Positions 37,418-47,528 are shown, counted from the first letter of the stretch. The stretch: 64,000 nucleotides of DNA from an uncultured Lachnospiraceae bacterium (GCA_947626435.1 CANQSB010000007.1:14243-78242); one strand, 5' to 3'. The notes: generated by a model from the letters alone, not told the origin. Numbers and translations: made by a program.

Positions 37418-37537
37418 AAAGGTGTTCTCAACTGTCCGAATTTAGGCAAAATATATAAAATCGCGGCTAAGTGCAGCAGGCTGCAAGACGCCGCTTATTT
37501 TATATATTTTGCCTAAATTCTATGTTGTCAAATAAAG
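37418..37537. repeat. Palindromic MITE/REP-like intergenic element, copy 1
   Basis: About 24-bp terminal inverted repeats (gaatttaggcaaaatatataaaa / ttttatatattttgcctaaattc). About 90% identical to the reverse complement of 40767-40913 outside one indel. Confidence 0.75.
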
Positions 37538-37589
37538 CTTTGCAAACGCCTATTTTTTTATATAATTATAGGGAGACGCCACCTGTTTT

Positions 37590-39785
37590 TTACATGCTTT
37601 TGCGCTCTGCAATCTCTGCCATCTTTGCCTCGTTCAGCCTTGTATCGCCGTGTACGCGCGAGTACGAGAGGTATCCGTTCATTCTGTCAATCTTTGTCAG
37701 ATTTCGGCTGCCGCACTTGGGGCAGACATCCATTTCGAGCTCTTGATGACCGCAGTCGTCGCAATATGCAAGCGAAAGGTTTACGCCCTCGTAAAAGCCC
37801 ATTTCCATGGCGCGCCTTACAAGTGTCCTGATTGCGGATGTATTGTAATCAATAGGATATTTTACGTACTGTATTTTACCGCCGTTTGAGAGCTCCCAAA
37901 ATCTGTACTCCAAATCTTGTTTCTGTATTGGGGTGATGTCCTCTGTGACATGGCAATGAAAGCTGTTGCTCACGTACTCTCTGTCGGAAACGCCTTCTAC
38001 AATGCCGTACTTTGCCCTGAATTGCTTGACCTGTAAGCCGCAGAGATTTTCCGCTGGTGTGCCGTATATTGCGTAGAGGTTACCGTCCTCCTCCTTAAAG
38101 CGGTTTACTTCTTTATTTATATACTCCAAAACTTCAAGCGCGAAAGCGCCATCCTCGACAAGCGATTTGCCGTTGTAGAGCATCTGCAGTTCGTTGAGCG
38201 CTGTTATGCCAAATGACGCCGTGGCTGTCTTTAACAGCGGCTTAATCTTGTCCGACAGCTTTAAATGCCCGCCTAAAAAGCCGCCCTCGCAGTACGCAAG
38301 CGGATTGGTTGACGCACGCATATTGCCGAGATAAGCGTACGTCCTGATGTGTAGTTGTCTTATCAGATTAAGGTAATAATCGAGTACCTCGTAAAAGTCT
38401 TTGCTCTCCTGGCGTGCCTTTGCCAAAATCATAGGCAGATGGAGCGAAACTGCGCCTATATTGAAACGCCCTACAAATATCGGCGTGTCCTTATCGTCAG
38501 CGGGGTGCATTCCTCCTCTTTCGTACCATGGCGACAAAAATGCCCTGCAGCCCATAGGTGAAATTACCTTGCCGTACTGCTTGTACATGCTGGCGATATA
38601 GCCTTTTCCAGTAAGGCTCAGCCAGTCGGGGTACATAGTCTTTGCTGAGCACCTCACGCCCGCCTCAAACACGTCCTCTAATGGCTTTCCTTTGCCATGC
38701 AGATTTTCATCGTATAAAAAGACAATCTTGGGGAAAAGCACGGGTTTTTTGCAATCCTTTTTGCCCTGCCCTTTTCGCCTCACATTAAGCATCTGTATCG
38801 TCGCAAGCTTGGCGAAACGCTCTGTGCCTATGCCCGCCGTGACTGTGATAAACGGATAATCGCCGCGGCTGCTCGCCACTGTATTGAACTTGTACTCCCA
38901 GCCCTGGAAACCCTGCTCAAACTCGCGCTCCACGTCTGAAAGCGCCTCCGCCTCTGCCCTTTCGGGTGAAACGCCAAGATTTATATATTTTTCGTATGAA
39001 GACTTGTACGTTTTTTCAGCATAGGGCGCAAGGATTTTGTCAACTTCTGGCACTGTAAAACCGCCATACTGCTGGCTTGCAGCACTGAGCACTATATCGC
39101 CGATAACGTCAAAAGCCACGTCAAGCGACTTCGGCTCGTTGTACCAGATATTTCCCATCTCAAAACCGCCTGAAAGGACGCTCTGCACATCAAAAAGACA
39201 GCAGTTCATAGTATCGCGCCTTGCGGACATATCATGCACATAGATGTAGCCATCCCTGCACGCCTGAATTTCCTCCGTGGTCATAAAAAACTTCTGGTAC
39301 AGTTCCTTGTTAAACTGGTTGAAAATAAGGCTGCGCTTTGTGGAAACAAGGGCTGAATCGGTGTTTGCGTTCTCCTTGTCGCCGACGTACATGATTGACT
39401 GGCTCTTTTTGTACACATCGTCCATCATGCGTACAAAGTCCTGCTTATAATTTCTATAATCGCGATAGCTCTTGGCTACGACTGGCTTTACCTCCTCGAG
39501 CGCGCTCTCAACTATATTGTGCATTATCGGGATAGGGATTTCGTCCGCGTCCATCTCATTTACCTTGCTGATAACGTGCTCGCATATATGGCGCTTGTCC
39601 TCCTCCGTAAACTTGGTAAGCGCGCGGTATGCCGACTTGCCGACGGCGACGATTACTTTCTGCACATTAAATTTTTCCTTGCTGCCGTCCTTTTTTATAA
39701 CGTATACCTGCCGCTCAGGCTGATAAAGACTGCTGTAATCGATTTCGTCTTTCTCAACGGCATTTAAGCTGACTACCTTACCCAT
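37590..39785 (-). CDS. nrdD: Anaerobic ribonucleoside-triphosphate reductase
   Basis: ATP-cone N-terminus, C-terminal Zn ribbon (CDDCGHQ...CPKCGS) and glycyl-radical region (RMNGYLSYS). The ATG at 39785 follows GGAGGA. Confidence 0.95.
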   Translation of the reverse strand: MGKVVSLNAVEKDEIDYSSLYQPERQVYVIKKDGSKEKFNVQKVIVAVGKSAYRALTKFTEEDKRHICEHVISKVNEMDADEIPIPIMHNIVESALEEVKPVVAKSYRDYRNYKQDFVRMMDDVYKKSQSIMYVGDKENANTDSALVSTKRSLIFNQFNKELYQKFFMTTEEIQACRDGYIYVHDMSARRDTMNCCLFDVQSVLSGGFEMGNIWYNEPKSLDVAFDVIGDIVLSAASQQYGGFTVPEVDKILAPYAEKTYKSSYEKYINLGVSPERAEAEALSDVEREFEQGFQGWEYKFNTVASSRGDYPFITVTAGIGTERFAKLATIQMLNVRRKGQGKKDCKKPVLFPKIVFLYDENLHGKGKPLEDVFEAGVRCSAKTMYPDWLSLTGKGYIASMYKQYGKVISPMGCRAFLSPWYERGGMHPADDKDTPIFVGRFNIGAVSLHLPMILAKARQESKDFYEVLDYYLNLIRQLHIRTYAYLGNMRASTNPLAYCEGGFLGGHLKLSDKIKPLLKTATASFGITALNELQMLYNGKSLVEDGAFALEVLEYINKEVNRFKEEDGNLYAIYGTPAENLCGLQVKQFRAKYGIVEGVSDREYVSNSFHCHVTEDITPIQKQDLEYRFWELSNGGKIQYVKYPIDYNTSAIRTLVRRAMEMGFYEGVNLSLAYCDDCGHQELEMDVCPKCGSRNLTKIDRMNGYLSYSRVHGDTRLNEAKMAEIAERKSM

Positions 39786-39899
39786 ATCTACTCCTCCATT
39801 CATACTCCAAAAAGCGATAGTACAACGATTTTTTCAATATTCGTTGTACCGTGTTTTTCTTTATTTTTTCAAATATTTTGTATGATTTATTTTAATATG

Positions 39900-39915
39900 G
39901 CACTATATGTTGTGT
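39900..39915. promoter_or_regulatory. NrdR-box candidate upstream of nrdD
   Basis: gcactatatgttgtgt matches 14/16 positions of the acaCwAtATaTwGtgt consensus. I found no convincing second box. Confidence 0.45.
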
Positions 39916-39949
39916 CTGTATATTAGTATAATTCAAATGAAGACTGATG

Positions 39950-39989
39950 TCAACAAAAAAGCGTCTGGAAAATGCACAATTCCAGACGC
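39950..39989 (-). terminator. Intrinsic terminator upstream of the nrdD promoter region
   Basis: 10-bp stem gcgtctggaa / ttccagacgc followed by UUUUUU on the minus strand. Confidence 0.65.
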
Positions 39990-40014
39990 CGTTTTATATT
40001 GTTATTTTATTGAC

Positions 40015-40134
40015 TTATTCATTTTTAGATTTTTCAACTTTTGCCTTGGGTTTCCACACCTTGACACCGATAAAGCCGCCTATGCCTGACACTACCGCGA
40101 TTACAGCAAAGGTTAAAATATACGACAGAAACAT
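40015..40134 (-). CDS. Candidate 39-aa single-TM micropeptide
   Basis: MFLSYILTFAVIAVVSGIGGFIGVKVWKPKAKVEKSKNE has a hydrophobic helix and a Lys-rich tail, and is followed by the terminator. The RBS is weak, and the ORF is below the track cutoff. Confidence 0.35.
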   Translation of the reverse strand: MFLSYILTFAVIAVVSGIGGFIGVKVWKPKAKVEKSKNE

Positions 40135-40240
40135 TCTCAAAAATTCTATTAAATTTGCCACGACTATACCTCTTTTCCGCAAAAGCCATTTTCAGAAACA
40201 GCTCCCGCATTTTTGTAAGTTTACAGAAAACTCCATATAT

Positions 40241-40735
40241 CTATAATACCACTTCACCTATTACATCGTCAAGCAGCATATTTATATCTTTGCAATCGGC
40301 AGCCTCGGTCGCAAGCTTGTCGCAGCGCTCGTTTTCGGGGTGTCCCGCGTGTCCTTTCACCCAAGTAAATTTCACATTATGCTGCGCCTTCGCCCTTAAA
40401 AGCCGCTGCCACAAATCTATGTTTTTTACCGCCTGCTTTGCGCTGTTTTTCCAATTATTTTTCTGCCATCCCTCTATCCAATGCTGGTTGAAAGCATCCG
40501 TCACATACTTTGAATCAGAAATTATCTCCACCTCGCAAGGCTTTGTAAGCGCCTCCAAGCCTGTTATAACCGCCATAAGCTCCATTCGATTGTTCGTGGT
40601 CTTTTTATAACCCGCCGAAAACTCCCTCTCATGGAGCTGCCCCTTTGTATCAACGTACTGCAGGACCGTACCATATCCACCCGGTCCCTCGGGATTACCC
40701 CTAGCCGCCCCATCAGTAAAAATCTTAACAAACAT
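40241..40735 (-). CDS. rnhA: Ribonuclease HI
   Basis: [12 protein letters not shown]-like start, TNNRMEL, SDSKYV and [14 protein letters not shown]. Confidence 0.9.
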   Translation of the reverse strand: MFVKIFTDGAARGNPEGPGGYGTVLQYVDTKGQLHEREFSAGYKKTTNNRMELMAVITGLEALTKPCEVEIISDSKYVTDAFNQHWIEGWQKNNWKNSAKQAVKNIDLWQRLLRAKAQHNVKFTWVKGHAGHPENERCDKLATEAADCKDINMLLDDVIGEVVL

Positions 40736-40766
40736 AACTTACCTCTTTCACTAAACGTTCACAAAA

Positions 40767-40913
40767 CTCTATTCGACAACATAGAATTTAGTCAAAATAT
40801 ATAAAAACGCAGCGTCTTGCAGCTTGCTGCACCTATGTACTGTATCTGCGATACAGTACATTGACGCGATTTTTATATATTTTGACTAAATTCGGACAGT
40901 TGAGAACACTTTT
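40767..40913. repeat. Palindromic MITE/REP-like intergenic element, copy 2 (inverted relative to copy 1)
   Basis: Same termini, with a G:C to T:A compensatory change in the stem. It has an extra internal 11-bp palindrome (atgtactgtat...atacagtacat). Confidence 0.75.
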
Positions 40914-40929
40914 CGCAATTACCTAATTA

Positions 40930-42606
40930 TCATACAGACGAATATTGCGCAAGCTCCGCTGCCATTTTATCCGCCTCTTTTACAATATCCTCCGAAAATC
41001 CCATCACTTCCAAAAGCTTAATCGCATTGCGCGTGTGCGCCCTTCCCTCCAAGAGATGATACGAAAACAGCACATCGCCGTCCTTTACCTCCTCCTCGAA
41101 ATGGAAGTTGTCATAGCTGTCCTCCAGCAGATGCGTAAGCTCTATGTCATGCGTCGCCGCAAAACAGTATATTCCCTTTTGCGCAAGCCGCTTTAAAATC
41201 TGCGCCGATGCCGCTATGCGCTCCACCGTATTCGTGCCACGCAGCACCTCGTCAACAAAGCACAAAAGCGGATTCTCGCTCTCCAGCGCCGCCGCGTCCA
41301 TTATGCGCTTTAACGCTTTTATTTCCACTATATAATAACTCTCACCGCCGTCAAGGTTGTCACGCAGCGCCATTGACGAGTAAATCCTGTAAAAATTGCC
41401 GTTGTATTCCCTCGCCGCGCAGGTATGGATTGTCTGCGCCAAAATCGCGTTTATAGCCGCCATTTTTAAAAAAGTGGACTTGCCCGACGCGTTTGAGCCC
41501 GTGATAAGCATACCCCTGCCCTGCGCAAAGCTGTTTAGCACGGGCTGTTTTATTACGGGGTGAAAGCCTTCCTTTATGATAAACGGCTCTCTTTTCCCAT
41601 CAAAAAGCGCAGGCACACAATAATGCGGCAGCGCAGCGCGAAAATAGCCTATCGAAATAACCGCGTCAAGATAGCCTATTGCATCAGTTATGCCGTAAAT
41701 TGCCTCGGCGTTGCCGCGCACCAGCTTTAGCATGCTGTTAAATTTTATCAGGTCAATGTGCGTGAGCATTTTTATATAGTCAAAAATCAGCTCGCCTATA
41801 TTGCCCGTAGAACTGTTGAGCTTCATCACCATGCCCGAATTGCGCTCTATGGTTTTCAGCTTGGCGCGCCTTTCCTTCAGCAGCAAAATATAGTCGTTCA
41901 TATCGCTGCCATACTCTGCCGCAATAATGCCATCGGCGCATTTCATCATGCGCATGATATAGGCGAAGCTTGCCACATACGGAGCCGCCTCGTTTTTTTC
42001 CCGCATATACGTCACTATGTTGACGCACGCCACAGCTAGCAAAAGCATAACGCCGACAGACGTATTCAAAAAGATAAGCGCAAGCGATACTACAAGCAGC
42101 GCAATTCCCACGTAATGCTTTATATTAGAGCGTCTGCCAAGCTGCTCCAAATATTTCATGTAATCATAGAGCGAATATTTTCCTGTCGTGCCAAGGTCAT
42201 TCAGGCAAAGCATCGTGTCAAGCCTTTTTTCCTCATTTCCCATCATATAGCATATGTGGCGCTCCATTTTTTCAAGGCGCTTGTCCTTGTCGGAAAGCAG
42301 CGGCTGCCGCAGCATTGCGTAGAGATACTCCTCGCCTGACGACGACTGCGCAAAATCCATCATGGAAAAAATGCTGTCCATATTCAAATCGTTCCATGTG
42401 ATGTCGTCAATGGCGTTTTGTCCCCTGAAACGGTCCGCTATCCTTTCAAGCCTGTCCTGATTTAACTCCTTATCCGCAAAGCTTCCAAAGCTTTTTCGCA
42501 AATGCTCCCTGTAATTTTTTCTCCTCTGCTTTTCCTCATAAGCCCCCCTTATCATAACGTAAAGAAAAATCAGAAAAACTGCCGAAAAAAATACGATTAT
42601 TTCCAT
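40930..42606 (-). CDS. MutS-family ATPase-domain protein with N-terminal TM segments
   Basis: Walker A GSNASGKSTFLK and Walker B FVDEVLRGTN. There are no mismatch-recognition N-domains. Confidence 0.8.
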   Translation of the reverse strand: MEIIVFFSAVFLIFLYVMIRGAYEEKQRRKNYREHLRKSFGSFADKELNQDRLERIADRFRGQNAIDDITWNDLNMDSIFSMMDFAQSSSGEEYLYAMLRQPLLSDKDKRLEKMERHICYMMGNEEKRLDTMLCLNDLGTTGKYSLYDYMKYLEQLGRRSNIKHYVGIALLVVSLALIFLNTSVGVMLLLAVACVNIVTYMREKNEAAPYVASFAYIMRMMKCADGIIAAEYGSDMNDYILLLKERRAKLKTIERNSGMVMKLNSSTGNIGELIFDYIKMLTHIDLIKFNSMLKLVRGNAEAIYGITDAIGYLDAVISIGYFRAALPHYCVPALFDGKREPFIIKEGFHPVIKQPVLNSFAQGRGMLITGSNASGKSTFLKMAAINAILAQTIHTCAAREYNGNFYRIYSSMALRDNLDGGESYYIVEIKALKRIMDAAALESENPLLCFVDEVLRGTNTVERIAASAQILKRLAQKGIYCFAATHDIELTHLLEDSYDNFHFEEEVKDGDVLFSYHLLEGRAHTRNAIKLLEVMGFSEDIVKEADKMAAELAQYSSV

Positions 42607-42662
42607 AATTAATATATATACCGCCTTTGATGTTATGATTAATCAGCCTTTATTAAACTCTG

Positions 42663-43379
42663 TCAAATTTCAAACCTCTGCCCTGGCGCCGTAATACGCG
42701 CTATTTTTTCCGCGTGCGCCTTGCCCTCATTTGTGACATACCTATCAATATAGCTGTAGTCCTCCCACATATGCATTGGGAAGACATGCGCTGCGCCTAC
42801 AGCCTCCATAAAATAGGACATTCCCATCCAGTAGGTGTTTTCAAGGTGCGGGTCAAGCGGCACAAACGCGCAGTCAATTTTCTCCCCGCGTATGGCGTCT
42901 ATCTCCGCCTCATATTCACGCTTCATTTTCTCATTGTATTCGCGGCTCTCCTCTGCCCTGCACCAGCAGTTCAAATCGCCCGCGTGATAGATTTTTACGC
43001 CCTCGCAGTCTATCAGATAAGCCACTCCTGCGTCCGTGGAGCGCAGCGTGCGTATATGGATATCGCCAAAATCCATTTCCTGCCGCTTGTACAGGTTTGT
43101 GACGTAAGAATCCCTGTCTATGGTGATACCGTTCCGTGCAAGATATTTTTCATTCAGTCTCAGCCCCGCGCCTAAAAAATAATGGACATTTTTGTATTTT
43201 GGCGCAAGGTTCAGTATTTTTACATTAAAATGATCCGCGTGCTTGTGCGAGGTAAAAAACAAAATCTGTTTGTCCGCGTCAAAATCAGGCAAATCCCCGT
43301 CGAGACAATAATCAAAGATTAAAACATGCCTTTCCTGTTCCACGCAAAAGCTGCTGTGCTTTATATATGTGACAATCAT
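42663..43379 (-). CDS. MBL-fold metallo-hydrolase
   Basis: HKHADHF (HxHxDH) motif; 238 aa. Confidence 0.8.
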   Translation of the reverse strand: MIVTYIKHSSFCVEQERHVLIFDYCLDGDLPDFDADKQILFFTSHKHADHFNVKILNLAPKYKNVHYFLGAGLRLNEKYLARNGITIDRDSYVTNLYKRQEMDFGDIHIRTLRSTDAGVAYLIDCEGVKIYHAGDLNCWCRAEESREYNEKMKREYEAEIDAIRGEKIDCAFVPLDPHLENTYWMGMSYFMEAVGAAHVFPMHMWEDYSYIDRYVTNEGKAHAEKIARITAPGQRFEI

Positions 43380-43416
43380 ACGTGTGTCCTGCTTTCGTCA
43401 ATAATACTGGAAATAC

Positions 43417-43824
43417 TCATAAGTTTGACGGTCCAAAGCCGTAGGGAAGCATTTCCTCCAGCGTCTTTTCAAGGTATTTTTCCTTTGATACAGCTGTTAT
43501 AACCCTGAAGCTTTTAGGATCGCAGAACTCCATCATCACCTGCCTGCACACGCCGCATGGATAAGAATATTCCGTGGGAGCGCCGTCGTATCCGCCCACT
43601 ATCGCTATCGCCTCAAACTCCCGCTCACCCTCGCTTACTGCCTTAAAAAAGGCTGTTCTCTCCGCGCAGTTTGTCGGAGTATAGCTTGCGTTTTCAATGT
43701 TGCAGCCTGTGTAGACCTTGCCGTTTTGGGCAAGTAACGCCGCGCCAACCTTAAATTTTGAATATGGGGAATATGAAAATTCCCGCGCTTTAAGAGCTGT
43801 CTCTATCAATTCTTCGTTGCTCAT
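43417..43824 (-). CDS. cdd: Cytidine deaminase
   Basis: CAERTA and PCGVCRQ zinc motifs; 135 aa. Confidence 0.95.
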   Translation of the reverse strand: MSNEELIETALKAREFSYSPYSKFKVGAALLAQNGKVYTGCNIENASYTPTNCAERTAFFKAVSEGEREFEAIAIVGGYDGAPTEYSYPCGVCRQVMMEFCDPKSFRVITAVSKEKYLEKTLEEMLPYGFGPSNL

Positions 43825-43939
43825 TTTAATCCTTTCTGCCGTTCATGGACGGCTAAGTACAAGCGTCTTTTTCTTTTAGCAAATTATAGCACAAACTAAA
43901 ATATCAGGCAACTTAAAGAATAATATAAATCCGCCATAG

Positions 43940-44953
43940 CTATAGTTTAAGACATTCCTTAAGTACAGGATAAACAGCCTGCGCCATTCTCATAAAGCCA
44001 AGTGAATTTGGGTGGGTGCCGTCTACTGTACACTCTCCCCGTCCCTCCTCGCCGAAAAATTTACCGCCGTCGAGGAACCATACTTTATCGTCGCCATTTT
44101 TGACAGCGTTTTCATAGGTTTTATATATAATGTTTCTTCTTTTTTCAGAATCCGCCATATCTTTATCCGTATCAGGGCGCGTCATAAATATGACAGGCGT
44201 GTCACAATGCGCCTCCCTTATGATTTTGAAAAACGGCTCATGAGTTTCGGCAAGCTGCTCTGGGGAATCAGCATTGTGGTCATAGTCGTACACAAACGCG
44301 CTCATTTCAGGAATGTCCGCGATGTATTGTGCAAATTCCTTTTCCCCGCGCGACGAGCCCGAAAAGCCAAAGTTATAATAATCAGCGTCAAGCCAGCGGC
44401 ATACAATGCTTGTGTACGCATTTCCCGCACGCGAGGCGCAGCCGCCCTCCGTAATTGATGAGCCGTAAAAGATTATCGGCTTTGCTACCGTGTACTCGTC
44501 GGGCGCTTTTAGTGCCGCGCCGTCGTCTATTCCTATTTCCATGCTTAGAAGATGGTCGTTTCGCGGCAGGTTTATAGTGATTGTTTCAAGCTCAGCCTTT
44601 TTGAAAAATGTTTTCTCCACGCTTATCTCGTCCATGGTATGTACGGCTGGCGCAATGTAGCCTAAAAATTCAGAGGACTTTCCATTTCCGAGATATATGT
44701 CCGCTCCCGCTGAGCCTGAAAGCGGTATGTTGATGTCCTCCTTCGCCTGCACCAATGTCATTTTCACGCATAAAACAGCAGAATCCGTCTTGAAACGCAC
44801 GCGCCCGCCTGTCGCTCTTTTTCCTAAAAACTGTATCGTGCTCCACTTGTCCATAATCTCAGGTTTTACACGCCAAAACTGGCGTTTTTCCTTATCTGCT
44901 ACGGCAAGTCCGTAAATTTTAATCGGCTCCTGCGTAATGTGGTAAAATTTCAT
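43940..44953 (-). CDS. SGNH/GDSL-family hydrolase
   Basis: FYGSSITEG block I and DGTHPN block V. Confidence 0.75.
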   Translation of the reverse strand: MKFYHITQEPIKIYGLAVADKEKRQFWRVKPEIMDKWSTIQFLGKRATGGRVRFKTDSAVLCVKMTLVQAKEDINIPLSGSAGADIYLGNGKSSEFLGYIAPAVHTMDEISVEKTFFKKAELETITINLPRNDHLLSMEIGIDDGAALKAPDEYTVAKPIIFYGSSITEGGCASRAGNAYTSIVCRWLDADYYNFGFSGSSRGEKEFAQYIADIPEMSAFVYDYDHNADSPEQLAETHEPFFKIIREAHCDTPVIFMTRPDTDKDMADSEKRRNIIYKTYENAVKNGDDKVWFLDGGKFFGEEGRGECTVDGTHPNSLGFMRMAQAVYPVLKECLKL

Positions 44954-45169
44954 TGTAGACCTCCTTGTTTTTTAGTATATGAATTATATTTTATATTCAA
45001 AAAATCCGCAAAACTTTGAAAATGTTTTCTCTTTACTTTTCTTTTCAGTGTATTCCCCCAATAATATCGGGAAGTTAGTTCGCCAGTTTCTTTGTGAAAA
45101 ACTGCATCAACCGCCCGATAAGCAACTTTCTGAGAAAATTCAATGTTTTTATAACCTTTCTCTTAATCC

Positions 45170-45616
45170 TTAAATATCATCATCCATGTTCGCCATCCGG
45201 TTGTCAAAAATAGTTTCTTCTATAACCCGTACGCATTCTTCGGGTTTCTTCATAATTTCATTGCCCCAAAATCTAATCACCGTCCAATCCATAAATAATA
45301 ATTTTCTATCATTTTCATAATCTCTTTCTCTATTTCGCTCTATCTTTCGAACCCAAAAATCGGGATTATTGCCCTTTAACAGTCTGGGCTTTAATACTTC
45401 CCAATCCTTCCCATGCCAAAACTCGCTGTCACAAAATATCGCAATTTTGTATTTTGTAAGTACAATATCCGGCGTACCCGGCAAAAGTTTGTAATTCTTC
45501 CTGTACCTATATCCCTTTTGCCATAATGCCTTTCGAAGCTTTACTTCAATTTTAGTGTCCGAGCTCTTAATATTCCGCATAGCCTTTCGCCGTTGCTCCG
45601 GTGTTAATTTATCCAT
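45170..45616 (-). CDS. vsr: Very-short-patch repair endonuclease
   Basis: TPEQRRKAMRNIKSSDTKIEVKLRKALW...PGTPDIVL...IFCDSEFWHG. I chose the ATG at 45616; the track ORF starts at an upstream TTG. Confidence 0.85.
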   Translation of the reverse strand: MDKLTPEQRRKAMRNIKSSDTKIEVKLRKALWQKGYRYRKNYKLLPGTPDIVLTKYKIAIFCDSEFWHGKDWEVLKPRLLKGNNPDFWVRKIERNRERDYENDRKLLFMDWTVIRFWGNEIMKKPEECVRVIEETIFDNRMANMDDDI

Positions 45617-45817
45617 AAAATTGCCCCACTCAATGATATGACTTATTTTCCAGTCGCCATCTTTTTCAATTTCTGTGCAACACAAATTCGTCAAACAGTC
45701 ACCCGTTCAATATTTAACATTATATCACTCATATGTGAAAAAATCTACTGCCCGTTAATTTCGTAAAACGACAAAAAGGCTACAGCCTAAGTCCCAGCCA
45801 TAGCCTTTCTCCATATT

Positions 45818-47320
45818 TTAAATGATAATACAGACCATCCCCCCATTAGAATCATTTACAATCTTCTGCATAGTGTCCTGCAGCTTAATCTGGCTCTCTT
45901 CGCCAATCATTGACACCTTGCCGGTAATGCCATCATTTACAAGCTGCTCTACGGTTTTTCCAAAAATATTCGTCTCCCAGATTCCTTCCTTCTGTGTTTC
46001 CGCGTCTGAAATATAATTAATCAAATCCTGCGCCTGCTGCTGCGTGCCGACAATCGGCGCAATCTCAGTCTCAATATTCGCCTTAATCATATGTATTGAC
46101 GGGCTCTGCGCTTTGATTTTTACGCCATACTTATTTCCATGCTTGATAAGCACCGGCGTATCGAGCGCAATCTCATCCCGCTCCGGCGTAACCACGCCAT
46201 ACCCCTTCTGCCTTGCGCTTTCGAGCGCGTTGAGGATTTTCTTATACTCCTTCTTCATCTTTGCAAGGCTTGACAAAAGCTGCATAAGCTGATACTCTCC
46301 CGTAATGCTCTCGCCCGTCATAGAGCTGAGCAGCTCATAGTAATATTTCGTGTCCGCTTCCAAAAAATACGCCGCCGAGCCGTCCGCAATGTTCACATGG
46401 TCGTATTTGCACCGCTTTATGTACTCGCTGCCCGCTTCAATGTCCTGCTGCACATTTTTTTCCAGAATATCGCGCACGGTATGCACCTTATCCATGGTTT
46501 CGCGCAGCCTGCCGATAATCTCCTGCTTCATAGGCGACGACACATCCATAATGTCAAGCCATTTAGGCGTGTAAAATTCAATAACCGAAACAGGGAACTC
46601 ATACATCACCTGCTCAAGAATATTTGTAATGTCCTCACGCCTAAGCTGCTCAATGTTCATAGGCATCGCCTTGACCTGATAAAGCTTTTCTATCTCCTCC
46701 GCCGCCGCTTTTGCCTCCTCGCTGTAGGGCTTCATGGTATTTACAAGCACGATAAAGGGCTTGCCAAGCTTTTTCAGCTCCAGAATAGTCTGCTCCTCCG
46801 CAGGCTTATACGCGGCGCGCGGTATCTCGCCAAAGCTTGCGTCTGTCGTCACCACTATGCCTATGGTGGAATGGTCGTTGATTACCTTCCTCGTGCCGAT
46901 TTCCGCCGCCTGCGTAAAGGGAATCTCCTCGTTGAACCACGGCGTCTTTACCATACGCTCAGCGTCCTCCTCCATATGTCCCGCCGCGCCGTCAACCATA
47001 TAGCCTACGCAGTCGATAAGACGCACCTTTACGTTTATGCCGTCGCTTATCTCTATCTGCGCGGCCTCTTTGGGTATGAATTTCGGCTCTGTCGTCGTTA
47101 TCGTCCTGCCGCCGCTGCTCTGTGGAAGCTCATCCTGCGTCCTCGTTTTCTCGTGCTCGTCTTCAATATGCGGCAGAACCATCAAATCCATAAAACGCTT
47201 TATAAATGTGGATTTCCCTGTCCTGACAGGACCTACCACGCCCACATAAATTTCACCGCCCGTGCGCCTGCTTATGTCCTTGTACAAATTATATTCCGAA
47301 CCTGTATTAAGATTGCCCAT
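45818..47320 (-). CDS. spoIVA: Stage IV sporulation protein A
   Basis: Walker A GPVRTGKSTFIKRF and full-length SpoIVA-like sequence. Confidence 0.95.
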   Translation of the reverse strand: MGNLNTGSEYNLYKDISRRTGGEIYVGVVGPVRTGKSTFIKRFMDLMVLPHIEDEHEKTRTQDELPQSSGGRTITTTEPKFIPKEAAQIEISDGINVKVRLIDCVGYMVDGAAGHMEEDAERMVKTPWFNEEIPFTQAAEIGTRKVINDHSTIGIVVTTDASFGEIPRAAYKPAEEQTILELKKLGKPFIVLVNTMKPYSEEAKAAAEEIEKLYQVKAMPMNIEQLRREDITNILEQVMYEFPVSVIEFYTPKWLDIMDVSSPMKQEIIGRLRETMDKVHTVRDILEKNVQQDIEAGSEYIKRCKYDHVNIADGSAAYFLEADTKYYYELLSSMTGESITGEYQLMQLLSSLAKMKKEYKKILNALESARQKGYGVVTPERDEIALDTPVLIKHGNKYGVKIKAQSPSIHMIKANIETEIAPIVGTQQQAQDLINYISDAETQKEGIWETNIFGKTVEQLVNDGITGKVSMIGEESQIKLQDTMQKIVNDSNGGMVCIII

Positions 47321-47382
47321 ATTTTCCTCTCCCTATGCTTGTTTTCAGTCCTAATCTAATTAAGCTTATGCGTCAGTACACA

Positions 47383-47430
47383 GAAAAAGAACTAGCGGCA
47401 TAAAATCCAAATACATGAATTTTATGCCGC
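47383..47430 (-). terminator. Terminator candidate downstream of the GH43 gene
   Basis: Perfect 12-bp stem gcggcataaaat / attttatgccgc, then a U-rich tract on the minus strand. Confidence 0.5.
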
Positions 47431-47528
47431 ATATAAGCCTGCAAATAACAAAAACCGACAGCTTTATGACAAGCCTGTCCGATTTCCGATTATGTCTAAA
47501 TTACAACATATCGAGAGTCAAAATATGA

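Noticed and set aside
39820-39849. Inverted repeat gtacaacga...tcgttgtac in the nrdD 5' UTR as a second NrdR box or riboswitch
   Set aside because: It does not match the NrdR consensus and is too short for a known riboswitch class. It is probably a simple leader hairpin.
44954-45169. Possible dcm remnant between vsr and the SGNH hydrolase gene
   Set aside because: Translating the frames gave no C5-methyltransferase motifs such as a GNAVP-type block, only short stop-interrupted frames.
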